Origin: Blasia pusilla
Lineage: Eukaryota
Direction of reading: 5' to 3'
Assembly: GCA_050084515.1 (NCBI GenBank)
Contig: CM114271.1
Span: 20,460,001 to 20,524,000, forward strand
DNA length: 64,000 nucleotides
The notes under the pieces were generated by a model, which saw only the letters and a list, made by a program, of their open reading frames with translations, did no database searches and had not been told where the DNA came from. Each line of letters starts with the position of its first letter. The stretch's first letter is position 1. Both the position numbers and the translations under genes were made by a program. This document shows, one piece after another, positions 1-12,984 of this stretch.

Positions 1-263
1 ATCACATTATCTTTACATGGCTTGTGGATCAACTCTACATCCATCAGCGCCAAGGTATCATGCCATCACAGTTGTTTTGGTGTCACTCGATCCTGGGTCT
101 CAAAATACTTGAGTGATATATTATCGGTGAATACTCGAGTCTTGTGGAGCCCTAGATAATGCCGCCACTTCCTCAAGCAATGTACCACCGTGAACAACTC
201 TTTCTCCTGAGTAGGCCATCTCCTTTTAGTATCGCTAAGCTTCTTGCTCTCATATGTCACCGG
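1..263 (-). mobile_element. RNase H segment of chromovirus copy 2 (continues beyond the left edge; split from 7524-11244 by insertion of copy 1)
   Basis: Minus strand encodes PVTYESKKLSDTKRRWPTQEKELFTVVHCLRKWRHYLG. It joins 7524 ff. once the nested element and one ACCGG are removed (compare the intact junction at 7921-7960). Confidence 0.9.
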
Positions 264-1260
264 TGTCGCGACCCTCATGACCAAACAAGTGCCAAGCGGA
301 ACATCGGAACATTAGCGGGCTCACGCTAAGATGGTTTGCGCGTTGGAGTTGTCTCAAAGAGGAGACAAGAGACGAGACGCGAGCGAGAAGTCGCGTTTCA
401 AATGTGATGGTCGCGACTCTGAAACCTGGACCAAACGCGGAATGAGACTTGAAAGAAGTCAAGTCTGGGAAGTGGGTTGCCAAAGGAAAGATCCGGACTT
501 GGAACGCCACTTGCGTTTGAGAGTTTCTGACTGTATTTATGGCCATAACTTTTAGCGCCAAGATGCGTTTGGAGCAAATAAGAGTGCGTTGGAAAGCTTA
601 TGAAGAGCCGGTTCAAACACACTAAAGATCGCTGCAAACGCATAAGCAGCGGCCGAGACACGACCCGAAAACGACTGTAAGTGGAGTCGTGTTGAGGGCC
701 ACAATGAAGGGCCCGAACCTCTTTTCCCAAAGGGGAGGGATTATTGAAGAACCCCAGAAGTACTAGTAAGGGGGAAGGTGTCCGAGAGTGCTTGGAACCC
801 AAACCCCACTTTGGGCGCCGCGGGGCGGCTCAAGGGCATGGAACGGAATGCGGGTTTGGGCGTTGGGTTGGAAAACCTGCACCAAGTCCATTGAGGCGAT
901 TTTAGACATCCCTCTTGGATTTCACGCCGCGACTCAATTACTTGGGTCTCGGTTCGGAACTCACACGAGGACCGTTGGACGCTTGGGATCGCTAGCGCGT
1001 AAGTGTCGTTTGAGATCCTGGACTAACCAGGAAGTCTGTTCCAAGTCTTGAAGGACTTGCCATGTGTTGGGAGCTAGGAACTAAGGAAGGTTGAGCTTGA
1101 TGAGACGCCGAGTTGAGGACTCGGTGGGTTGGAACGCTGGTTGGCCAAACCCGACTAACGAGAGTGCGTGTTTGGGTGCAGATCGGCGATGAGTTCGAAC
1201 TCATCAACGCACGCTTCCGCAACACTAAAGATTGACGTTCAAGGAGAGTAGGGCGCGACA
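264..1260 (+). repeat. 5' LTR of chromovirus copy 1
   Basis: Starts tgtcgcgacc, ends gggcgcgaca (terminal inverted repeat). Near-identical to 6530-7520 and to the reverse complement of 10243-11244. Confidence 0.95.
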
Positions 1261-1262
1261 AG

Positions 1263-1273
1263 TGGTATCGAGC
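1263..1273 (+). promoter_or_regulatory. Primer-binding site complementary to initiator tRNA-Met
   Basis: tggtatcgagc 2 nt after the LTR. The canonical plant PBS is TGGTATCAGAGC. Confidence 0.85.
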
Positions 1274-1408
1274 TTATCCTTGGTGAGCGAGAACTTGGGG
1301 TCGTGGGATCAGCCGGACGCTTGGGAAATTTCAAGGTAGCGGCTAGACTCGGACGCTCGAGGAGGGACGCAAGAAACGAGGAGGAGATCTGAGTGAGTTG
1401 GCTTGGAG

Positions 1409-4400
1409 ATGGCAATCGAGGAGAACAACAAGCGCCAAAAGCGGCGTGAACGGAGAGAGGAACCAATGCCGGACCGTGAAGCTATAGAGGAGTCGGAGAC
1501 TCAAGAGTGAACGCTAGCCGTGAGGACGCCCCAGTGGCGACTCCTTCCGCGGGGCCAGTGGGCCCAAACTCAGGGGAAAGGACGGAGTCGAGCGAGACGT
1601 TGGACTTGTTGAAGGTGTTGGTGGAGCAGATGTCCCAGCAAAGCAAGCGGATTTCGAGTTAGAGGCCACTCAAACCCGAAAAGTGCGGGCAAAAGCTCTG
1701 CAAAGATTTAACCGCCCACGCCATTTATCGGAGTGGGGCGCCATGAAAGTGAAGGATTTTTACGGAACTAGAACTCTACTTGAGGCGCAGAAGGTGCTTG
1801 CCGAGCAAGACAAGGTGACGGTAGCCGCGTTACTTTCTGAAGGATCATGCTCTACAATGGTGGACCGCTCAACGAGAGGAATATCTGGGCGGTGAGTCAC
1901 CTCTAAGTTGGGAGGAGTTCAAGGAGTTGATTGGGGATCGGTTCACTCCGGAGTACCAAGGGTTGCGTGACACGGTGGAATGCGTGCGGATGCGGCAGAG
2001 TGGTTCCTTAAGCGCGTATGTGAGGGAGTTTAGTGCGAAACTGACTTCTAGTCCGAAGATGGATGAGCACGCGAAGAAGGCTATCTTCATTAGTGGACTC
2101 AAGTCGAGCGCTGAGAAGGCCCTTTACCGAATGCCGACGTTGCCAGAGACCTGCGCGGACCTTCTGAAGCTAGCGGAGCGGATTGGGGACGATGAGGTCC
2201 AAACCCAGAAACCCTTCGAGTCAAAAGTTTTTTTGAAGAAGTCGAAAAATAAGGAGGTGTTCAAAAGAGGCTGGAGTGGGGGCCAACACGAACCAGGAGA
2301 GTCGTCTACCCCGGCAGCAAAACGAGTGGAACTTCATGCGAAGCCGAAAGGAGGACAACACTCAAAGACAGGAACGGCAAGGTCGTATGCTACAACCGTA
2401 TGGCGAACCGGGGGCACTGTCGAAAGGGTGTTCAAACCGAAGGTTAGTAATGGGAGTATGATTTGCGTTTGTTGCTAAGCATCTGTTGGCGGGCGATATG
2501 GAGACGTCCCTTCAAGTCACCAAGAGGATGCACAATTTGGTGTACCTAAGATCCAAGATTGCTGATCGCGATGTGTTGTTGCTCGTGGATACAGGTGCTT
2601 CGCAGACTCCTTCCTAAGCCCGAGAATCGTGAAGGAACCGGGCCGTCTACCTCTAAGGCGGACGAGCCCATTCGAGTGGGATTTGCAGGAGGCAAGTCTC
2701 ATCGGACTTCTGATTTGGTCTTGGGTTTGATAGTAGGATGCCGGGTATTCGAGTTGAAGGAGAATTTCACTGTATGCAAAATGGACGGCATTGACGGAGT
2801 TTTGGGGAATACATTCCTAGATGCGTATGAGGTGGAGTTAAGACGCTGACCATTGAGGTTGAGCGTCTTGCTAAAAGGCAAACGGTTACAGGTGCGGTTG
2901 GTCCGTGAGGTTCCAGCAAAGATGGAGTTGGTGAACTCGATCACAAGGAGGAGCATGACTGAGTTGGAGGATGGATTTCTCTGCTTGATGAGACAAGTGG
3001 AGGAGGCTACAAGCAAGATATCTGCAGAGATCGACGCCGCCTCAAGGGGAATCCAGAACCACTCGGGAAGTGGTCCAGAGTTTGAGGATGTCTTGACAAA
3101 TGAGCTTCCGATGAATTGCCGCCGATAGAGCCATAGATCATAAGATAGAGATCATACCCGGTTCCCAACCGCCTTCAAAAGCACCATATAGGTTGAATCA
3201 GGAGGAACTTCTTGAGTTGAAAAAGTAGTTAAGTGAGCTCTTGGAAAAGGGTTACATTAGGACTAGCAAGTCACCTTATGGAGCACCTGTTCTCTTTGTA
3301 AAGAAGAAGGATGGAAAGATGAGGTGTGTGTTGATTACCGTGGCACCGAACAAAGTGACGGTTCGAACAATTATCCTCTTCCAAGGATAGATGATCTCTT
3401 TGATAGGCTGGCAGGCGCGAGATATTTCAGTAGGATTGACTTGAAGTCAAGATATCACCAGATTCGGATTGTCGAGGCAGATGTGGAGAAGACTGCGTGC
3501 AGGACGAGATACGGTTCCTTTGAGTTTGTAGTGATGCCTTTTGGTCTATGTAACGCGCCTCCGACGTTCACCACATTGATGAACTCCATTTTTCACAAGG
3601 AAATGGATGAGTATGTTATCATCTATATCGATGATATACTTATCTATTCGAAGTCACTAGAGGAGCACGTTCGACATGTGAGAACGGTCTTTCTAAGCTA
3701 AGGGCAAATCACCAGATGCGAATGTAGAGAAGAGCGAATTTGGTTTGAGTAAGATCAAATTCTTGGGTCACGTGGTCGTGCAGATGGCGCCACCCGACAT
3801 GGAAAAGGTAAAGGCGATTTCGAGTGGGAACCCCATCCCCTTTGTAAAGGGATGAGGAGGTTCATAGGTGCGGTGCAATTTTATCGCACTTATGTGAAAA
3901 ACTTTTCGGAATTGTGAGACCTCTCACGGATTGACGGTAAAGTTTGCCAACACGACTTGGACCCAGGAAGTTAATGAGGCATTCAACCGAGTGAAGATTC
4001 TATCGTAGGAACCAATGTTAAAGTCGCCGGAGTTTGACAAACCGTTCAAGTGCATACCGGATGCTAGTGATTTCGCGGTTGCAGTGGAATGTTGGTGCAA
4101 GAAGGAGACCGGTGGCATATGAGAGCAAGAAGCTTAGCGACATCGAAAGGAGATGGCCTACTCACGAGAAAGAGTTGTTCGTGGTGGTACATTGCTTGAG
4201 GAAGTGGCGGCATTATCTAGGGCTCCACAAGACTCGAGTATTCACCGATAATATATCACTCAAGTATTTTGAGACCAGGATCGAGTGACACCAAACAATC
4301 GGTGGCATGATACCTTGGCACTCATGGATGTAGAGTTGATCCACAAGCCAGGTAAAATAATGTGATTCCAGATCGTTAAGTCGCAAGGAGGAACACATGC

Positions 4401-5842
4401 CATCGCGACACAGTCTTGAGAGCAATGTTCCCTAAGGAAACAGATCTTGAGAGAAGGATTCGTGAAGGATATATGAAGGATGCTCAAGCAGGAGAATACC
4501 CGAGGAAGTTGAAGCAGGGGTGAGAAGGTGGCCAACATAAGTTTGAGGCACGGTTTACTAAGGTTCAAACAGAGTAGGATCTATGTAGGGCAAGGCGAGG
4601 ATGCGGACCAAGGTGTTAGCGGAATGTCACGACGGACCCTTGGCAAGACATAAAGGAGAGAAATCACGCTAGCTGTTCTTTTCAAGAAGGTTTTGGCCCA
4701 ACATGAAGGAGGATGTTGCTCAATAGAAGCGAATAGAGTCTCTTATGATAAGAAACAAGGCTTTGTGCATCCCTTGCCGATGAAGGACCCTTGCAAAGTG
4801 TGAGTATGGATTTCATCACAAGTCTTAAACTGGGGATACAACGCTATACTTGTGATTGTTGATCGGTTTAGCAAGTACGCAAGAGGCCGATGGTATGTCA
4901 AGACAACGCAACTATTCCTCAGCTGGTGGCGTGCTCATGGTTTGCCGAGAGCATTGTTTCAGATCGATCCAAACTTTACTGCTCGGAAGCACTTGTTCGA
5001 AGGTTTAAGACCAAGCTGAGTTTGATGACGTCTTCCACCCACGCACGGATGGACAACTGAAAAGGTAAACTCTATCGTGAATCAAGATTTGAGGAATTAT
5101 GTCAATGCCGATCAACGCGATTGGGTCAGGTGGTCGAGCATGGCGGAATATCGCTACAACTCGACCAAGATTCTCGCAACAGAGAATCTCCGTTTCTCCT
5201 GGCAAATGGACGAGCCAAAAGGGCCTCTTGATCTAGCCCTTTCGGAAGGGTACTACATTGGCACGAACACGACAAGCGTTTACGGCAGAAAGTTTGTTGG
5301 TAGAGATGCAAGAACGAGAAGAGAGCGCGAGGCGAAGTCTTGCAAAGGCTCAAATGAGGTACGTTAAGCATGCTAACAAGAGTCGGCGCCAAGTACGATT
5401 CCAAGTTGGAGAACAAGTGTGGTTGAGTGTGAAGAATCTCACTCTTCCGAAAGAGTTGTGTCATGGTCGCCCGCCAAGTATGGTGGACCGTATGTGATTG
5501 TGACAAACCCGTTTGAGGATGTGTATACGTTGAGGCTGCCGGACGAGTTCAAGATTCACCCGACCTTTCATGTGTCATTGTTGAAGAAATACCTTCAAGA
5601 TAATTGACGTTTCGAGCGGAGACAGGTGGTGAGACCGCACCCCGGTCATCGTAAATGAGGAGCCGGAGTTTGAGGTGGAAACCATCTTACGTTCGAGGCG
5701 TCGGGCCAACAAGTATGAATACTTGGTAAAATGGAAGGGCTACCATGTGAAGGAGGCCACTTGGATTGCGGAGGCGGATTTGGAACACGCGCAAGAATTA
5801 TTGCGTGACTTCAAGCGAACACAAGCGAAGCACATACGTTAG
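1409..5842 (+). pseudogene. Frameshifted gag-pol of chromovirus copy 1
   Basis: Fragments: Gag (RQSGSLSAYVREF), protease (LLVDTGAS at ~2578-2600), RT ([11 protein letters not shown]...YIDDILIYS), RNase H, integrase (MDFIT, HPRTDGQTEKVN), GPY/F-like region and chromodomain. Confidence 0.9.
5666..5842 (+). other. Integrase C-terminal chromodomain
   Basis: Translates EFEVETILRSRRRANKYEYLVKWKGYHVKEATWIAEADLEHAQELLRDFKR, with the aromatic-cage residues F/W/Y present. Confidence 0.92.
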
Positions 5843-6515
5843 TACGAGGAGAAGCTAGAGACATGACTTGTTATCACTGGAATCTTGGGCCGAAGGCCGT
5901 TGTAACTAGAATATGCTAGTGTTGCAATAAAGGAGTGTATGTATTTGGAGATTCGATACCAGTGTTGATTGCAATTTGTATGTGGTAGTGCATGGCTATG
6001 AGTCGTTCATCATAGACTTAGAATGTACGACAAGAGGACGACAAGGAGTATTTGAGGTGAGAGTCAGATGTGGATAAGCACCTAGAACAGACCTTGTGTT
6101 GGATTACACTCGGGCTCGCCCTAGCGTCGGGCGGGGCAGATGAAGTCTGTCTTGGGGCTTGGGGTGATCTTACTTGTGGCCACATAAGTAAACTTAGTGA
6201 CGCGCCTAAGTCGAATACGAGAGCGACCCAATAGTAGTACGATTTTTGGACCAGGTAAACAGTGTGATGTTTACAATAATGAGTCGAAAGAGTCTAAGGT
6301 TGCACACTTAGTGAGCTTATTTGATAGGTTAGTTCCTTGAACTAGTCCAGGCTTATCGAAGATGAGAGGCTAATAATTCTAAGTGGGGCAAAGCGACAAC
6401 TAAAGACTAAGAGGAATTGCGTGTTAGCCACCAGAACGCAATTCAATGTCAAGGGGTAGGCTGCCCAGGAGACTTGACATAATAAAGGTTTGCGTTGATG
6501 ATGGCATCAACCTCT

Positions 6516-6529
6516 AAAAGAGGGGTGAG
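6516..6529 (+). promoter_or_regulatory. Polypurine tract of chromovirus copy 1
   Basis: aaaagaggggtgag immediately before the 3' LTR. Confidence 0.8.
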
Positions 6530-7520
6530 TGTCGCGACCCTCATGACCAAACAAGTGCCAAGCGGAACATCGAACATTAGCGGCTCACGCTAAGATGGTT
6601 TGCGCGTTGGAGTTGTCTCAAAGAGGAGACAAGAGACGAGACGCGAGCGAGAAGTCGCGTTTCAAATGTGATGGTCGCGACTCTGAAACCTGGACCAAAC
6701 GCGGAATGAGACTTGAAAGAAGTCGAGTCTAGGAAGTGGGTTGCCAAAGGAAAGATCCGGATTTGGAACGCCACTTGCGTTTGAGAGTTTCCGACTGTAT
6801 TTATGGCCATAACTTTTAGCGCCGAGATGCGTTTGGAGCAAATAAGGGTGCGTTGGAAAGCTTATGAAGAGCCATTTCAAACACACCAAAGATCGCTGCA
6901 AACGCATACGCACCGGCCGAGACACAACCCGAAAACGACTGTAAGTGGAGTCGTGTTGAGGGCCACAATGAAGGGCCCGAACCTCTTTTCCCAAAGGGGA
7001 GGGGTTATTGGAGAACCCCAGAAGTACTAGTAAGGGGGAAGGTCTCCGAGAGTGCTTGGAACCCAAACCCCACTTTGGGCGCCGCGGGGCGGCTCAAGGG
7101 CATGGAACGGAACGCGGGTTTGGGCGTTGGGTTGGAAAACCTGCACCAAGTCCATTGAGGCGATTTTAGACATCCCTCTTGGATTTCACGCCGCGACTCA
7201 ATTACTTGGGTCTCGGTTCGAACTCACACGAGGACCGTTGGACAGTTGGGATCGCTAGGCGTAAGTGCCGTTTCAGATCCTTGACTAACTAGAAGTCTGT
7301 TCCAAGTCTTGAAGGACTTGCCATGTGTTGGGAGCTAGGAACTAAGGAAGGTTGAGCTTGATGAGACGCCGAGTTGAGGACTCGTGGGTTGAACGCCGTT
7401 GGCCAAACCCGACTAACGAGAGTGCGTGTTTGGGTGCAGATCGGCGATGAGTTCGTGACTCATCAACGCACGCTTCCGCAACACTAAAGATTGACGTTCA
7501 AGGAGAGTAGGGGCAAGACA
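6530..7520 (+). repeat. 3' LTR of chromovirus copy 1
   Basis: Direct repeat of 264-1260. Confidence 0.95.
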
Positions 7521-7523
7521 AGC

Positions 7524-10500
7524 ACCGGTCTCCCTTCTTGCACCAACATTCCTGGAACCGCGAAATCACTAGCATCGGTATGCACTTCGAACCGTTTGTC
7601 AAACTCCGGCAGCCTTCAACACCGGTTCCCGCGATAGAATCGCTTCACTCGGTTGAATGCCTCATTAACTTCATGGGTCCAAGTCGTGTTGGCAAACTTT
7701 GATGTCCAATCCGTGAGAGGTCTTACAATTCCCAAAAAGTTTTCACCATGAACCTCCTCAAGACAATGGATGGGGTTCCCACTGAATCGCCTTCACCTTC
7801 TCCATGTCAGATCGATGCCATTTGCATCGACCACGTGACCCAAGAATTTGATCTTATCAAACCAAATTCGCTCTTCTCTACATTCGCATACAGCTGATTT
7901 GCCCTCAGTGTCGCTAAGCTTCTTGCTCTCATATGCCACCGGTCTCCCTTCTTGCACCAACATTCCTGCAACCGCGAAATCACTAGCATCCGTATGCACT
8001 TCGAACGGTTTGTCAAACTCCGGCAGCTTTAACATTGGTTCCTGCGATAGAATCTGCTTCACTCGGTTGAATGCCTCATTAACTTCATGGGTCCAAGTCG
8101 TGTTGGCAAACTTTGATGTCCAATCCGTGAGAGGTCTTACAATTCCCAAAAAGTTTTTCACATAAGTACGATAAAATTGCACCGCACCTATGAACCTCCT
8201 CATCCCCTTTACAATGGATGGGGGTTCCCACTCGGAAATCGCCTTTACCTTTTCCATGTCTGGACTGACGCCATCTGCACTGACCACGTGACCCAAGAAT
8301 TTGATCTTACTCAAACCAAATTTGCTCTTCTCTACATTCGCATACAGTTGATTTGCCCTTAGCTTAGACAAGACCGCTCTCACATGTCGAACGTGCTCCT
8401 CTAGTGACTTCGAATAGATAAGTATGTCATCGATATAGATGATAACATACTCATCCATTTCCTTGTGAAAAATGGAGTTCATCAATGTGGTGAACGTCGG
8501 AGGCGCGTTACATAGACCGAAAGGCATCACTACAAACTCAAAGGAACCGATCTCCCCCCGCACGTCTTCTCCACATCCGCCTCGACAATCCGACTGGTGA
8601 TATCTTGACTTCAAGTCAATCCTACTGAAATATCTCGCTGCCGACCTATCAAAGAGATCATCTATCCTTGAAGAGGATAATTGTTCCGAACCGTCACTTT
8701 GTTCGATTGCACGGTAATCAACACACTGACCTCATCTTTCCATCCTTCTTCTTTACAAAGAGAACAGGTGCTCCATAAGGTGACTTGCTAGTCCTAATGT
8801 AACCCTTTTCCAAGAGCTCACTTAATTGCTTTTTCAACTCAAGAAGTTCCTCCTGATTCAACCTATATGGTGCTTTTGAAGGCGGTTGGGAACCGGGTAT
8901 GATCTCTATCTTATGATCTACGGCTCTATGCGGCGGCAATTCAGTCGGAAGCTCATTTGTCAAGACATCCTCAAACTCCTGGATCACTTCCTGGAGTGGT
9001 TGGGACTCCCCTTGAGGCAAAGTGTCCCGATCTCTGGACAGATATCGCTTGTAGCCTCCTCCACTTGTCTCATCAAGGAGAGAAATCCATCCTCCAACTC
9101 AGTCATGCTCCTCCTTGTGATCGAGTTCACTAACTCCATTTTCGCTGGAACCTCATGAACCAACCGCACTCAGAATCGTTTGCCTTTTTTAGCAAGACGC
9201 TCAACCTCAATGGTCGGGCGCCTTTCCACCTCATACGCATCTAGGAATGTATTCCCCAAAACTCCGTCAATGCCATCCATTTCGACACAAAGTGAAATTC
9301 TCCTTCAACTCGAATACCCGCATCTCATGTCAAACCCAAGACCAAATCAAGTCCGATGAGACTTGCCTCCCGCAAATCCCACTCGAATGGGCTCGTCCGC
9401 TTAGAGGTAGACGGCCCAGTTCCTTCACGATTCTCGGCTTAGGAAGGAGTGCGAAGCACCTAGAAGTCGGGCCAAGACTAAACTCCCTCACATACGCGCT
9501 TAAGGAACCACTGCCGCATCCGACGCATTCCACCGTGTCGCGCAACCCTTGGTACTGGAGTGAACCGATCCCCAATCAACTCCTTGAACTCCTCCCAACT
9601 TAGAGGTGACTCGCCGCCAGATATTCCTCTCATTGAGTGCCCACCATTGTAGAGCATGATCCTTCAGAAAGTAACGGCTACCGTCACCTTGTCTCGCCAG
9701 CACCCTCTCGCGCTCGGGCATACGATTCCATTCAGAAGGAAATCCTTCACTTTCATGAGCGCCCACTCCAAGAAATGGCGTAAGGGTTCGTCTTGCAGAG
9801 CTTTTTGCCCGCACCGGTTTCGAGTGGCCTCTAACTCTGCAATCCGCTTGCTTTGCTGGGACATCTGCTCCACCAACACCTTCAACAAGTCCAACGTTTG
9901 GCTCGACTCGGTCCGTTCCCTCGAGTTTGGGCCCACCGCCCCGTGGAAGGATTCGCCCCGAACGCCCTCAAGATCGGCGTTCAGCTCTTCGAGTCTCCGT
10001 CTCCTCTATAGCTTCACGGTCCGGCATTGGTTCCTCTCTTGGTTCACATCGCTTGATTCGGCGCTTCTTGGGTTGTTCTCCCTCGATCGCCATTTCCAAG
10101 CCAACTCACTCAGATCTCCTCCTCGTTTCTTGCATCCCTCCTCCAGCGTCCGAGTCTAGCCGCTACCTTGAAATTTCCCAAGCGTCCGGCTGATCCCACG
10201 ACCCCAAGTTCTCGCTCACTAAGGATTAGCTCTAATACCACTTGTCGCGCCCCTACTCTCCTTGAACGTCAATCTTTAGTGTTGCGGAAGCGTGCGTTGA
10301 GTAGGTCACGAACTCATCGCCGATCTGCACCCAAACACGCACTCTCATTAGTCGGGTTTGGCCAACCTGCGTTCCAACCCACCGAGTCCTCAACTCGGCG
10401 TCTCATCAAGCTCAACCTTCCTTAGTTCCTAACTTCCAACACATGGCAAGTCCTTCAAGACTTGGAACAGACTTTCTGGTTAGTCCAAGGATGTGAAACG

Positions 10501-11244
10501 ACACTTGCGCGCCTAGCGATCCCAACTGTTCAACGGTCCTTGGATGAGTTCCGAACCGAGACCCAAGTAATTGAGTCGCGGGGTGGAATCCAAGAGGGAT
10601 GTCTAAAATCGCCTCAATGGACTTGGTGTAGGTTTTCCAACCCAACCCCCAAACTCGCATTGTGTTCCATGCCCTTAAGCCGCCCCGCGGCGCCCAAAGT
10701 GGGGTTTGGGTTCCAAGCACTCTCGGAGACCTTCCCCTTTACTAGTACTTCTGGGGTTCTCCAATAACCCCTCCCCTTTGGGAAAAGAGGGTCGGGCCCT
10801 TCATTGTGGCCCTCAACCCGACTCCACTTACAATCGTTTTTTGGGTTGTATCTCGGCCGCTGCGTATGCGTTTGCAGCGATCTTTGGTGCGTTTGGACCG
10901 GCTCTCCATAAGCTTTCCAATGCATCCTTATTTGTTCCAAACGCATCTTGGAGCTAAAAGTTATGGCCATAAATACAGTCGGAAACTCTCAAACGCTAAT
11001 GGCGTTCCAAATCCGGATCTTTCCTTTGGCAACCCACTTCCTAGACTCGACTTCTTTCAAGTCTCATTCGCATTTGGTCCAAGTTTCTCAATCGCGACCA
11101 TAACAGCTGAAACGCGGTTCCTCGCTCGCGTCTCGTCTCTTGTCTCCTCTTTGAGACAACTCCAACGCGCAAACCATCTTAACGTGAGCCCGCTAATGTT
11201 CCGATGTTCCGCTTGGCACTTGTTTGGTCATGAGGGTCGCAACA
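7524..11244 (-). mobile_element. Chromovirus copy 2 (5' LTR, gag, PR, RT, RH), with an internal gag/PR deletion and an RT-RH tandem duplication
   Basis: LTR 10243-11244 and PBS gctctaatacca at 10229-10240 (reverse complement TGGTATTAGAGC). ORF 7793-8614 is RT/RH with YIDD. Same family as copy 1. Confidence 0.93.
10243..11244 (-). repeat. 5' LTR of chromovirus copy 2
   Basis: Reverse complement of 264-1260. Ends gagggtcgcaaca at 11244. Confidence 0.93.
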
Positions 11245-12984
11245 TCAGGAGCCACAGAGGATGGCCCCACCACAGCACCAGTGTGACCATTGCCACAGAT
11301 ATGGTCACACTAGGGATAGATGTTTTGACCTTCGACGAGGGGCACGTCCAGAGGTAGGCCGAGAGCCTGGGGATGGTCGTCTTGGAGGAGGTCGGGGAGT
11401 TCTTCTTGGACGTGGTGGTAGAGGACCACCACCAGCCAGAGGAGATGGAGCAGGAGCACCAGAGCCGGCCCTTCTCTCACGCATCGATCAGTTGGAGCAG
11501 AGGATTGTTGCCATGACGATGATGCAGCTTAGGGAAGGCACGGAGCTGTGAGCAGCTAATGTGACTCCAGTCTCTACCTCTTACCCTGACCCGGGTGAGG
11601 ATCTCTCCAGTATGGGATTCATGTGTAGTGCAGCCCAGGTTGAGGCAGTTGCAGTGGTGACTCGGGGTGCTACGAGAGGCACCGAGCCATCGAGAGGTGG
11701 AGTTGAGATTGACCCACCAGAGGGGACCGATGGGCGGCAGGCCAGGGTTCCACAATCGTTCACATTGTCGGAGGCACTACACACACCATCGATGGTGCCT
11801 CGACGACCAGCGGTGCCTACAGTTCAAGCACCTACGTCGACGTCACAAGGAGTTGGAGTAACAACTCCTATGCCGGCTCGAGTGGAGTCAGTGTCGACTA
11901 TAGTGTTGGAGGTGGCCACTAGAGTGAGTCAGACTCCGCTATTTTCCGCCATAGAGTTGGCGATGTTGGGAGTTGGACCAGCTGAGGTGTTCTGGTTGGC
12001 CGCCACGTTGTGTGAGCGTGGAGAGATGACTCCTTCTTGTTCAGAGGTAGTTGAGGAGGTGGTGGACTTGCCCTCAGAGCCGGTGCTTGGGACGTTCCCC
12101 ATAGAGTCATGGCATGCGGCGGCGGCGAAGTTGGTAGATATGTCAGCTCGACCGGCCATAGAGCGAGCAGTGGTGACACCTGGAGTAGTGTTACTGGATA
12201 ACCGAGCTGGAGTATTTTGCTTGGTTAGTCCGACGGGGACGGTATACCACCCGCAGCGCATCCTACTGGATTCGGGAGCGCAACCCTTGATGTTAGGGAA
12301 GGCGGCGTGTTTAGCGTTGGGGTTACGGAAGGCCGACATTGAGCCTCGTCCCTTCCAGATATAGACCTCGATTGGGGGCCTATCACCCACTCAGTATATG
12401 ACTCGACAAGAGATTGTTGTCCGAGTCCAGCCAGAGCATGCGACGGATAGTGCTATGGTGCGACACGCGCGCACGACACACCAACCGTAAAGTCGCACGA
12501 TGTGTTGGTGGGGAGTACAGTGTTATATCCCCTAGGATTCATCCTTGACTTCTGGGAGGAGACCGTTGCTTATCGGCCAGGATGGCGGTCGGGTGACAGC
12601 CGGATGAGTCAGTTACCTGTGCAGTTTGCCGGACGAGATGGTCCATCACGAGGCGAGTCTGTGACCACGTTGGTAGCTTTCACAAGTAGTGTTAGCTGGC
12701 CAGGAGAGTTGTTGGAGGGGAACGCATATGCGGAGGATGTCCCAGTAGCGGATAGTCCCACGGAGAGACAGGCCATGGCGGGTGTCTCTTCCCATGTTGG
12801 CGAGGCCTCTTCACCGTTGTTGGGTACGACTCGGGAGCTACAGAGGAGTGCCGACGACCTCGTGAGGCAGGCGTAGAGTCATGTTTTTATCCCAGAGCAG
12901 TGAGAGTCACATGGCGATCGGGCTCTTGGAGTGGAGACGATGACCCCACTAGATACCACACCTATTGTGTGGCAGTGCCCAGAG

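Larger units (their letters stand above)
264..7520 (+). mobile_element. Full-length Ty3/Gypsy chromovirus LTR retrotransposon, copy 1 (RNase H resembles the Galadriel lineage, tentative)
   Basis: Two ~1-kb LTRs (TGTCGCG...GACA), PBS, PPT, gag-PR-RT(YIDD)-RH-IN-chromodomain fragments. TSD ACCGG at 259-263 and 7524-7528, with 3 extra bases at the right junction. Confidence 0.95.

Noticed and set aside
250-1261. ORFs within chromovirus LTRs (repeated at 6577-7258 and 10412-11357)
   Set aside because: They recur only because the LTR recurs, differ by frameshifts between copies and have no domain signal.
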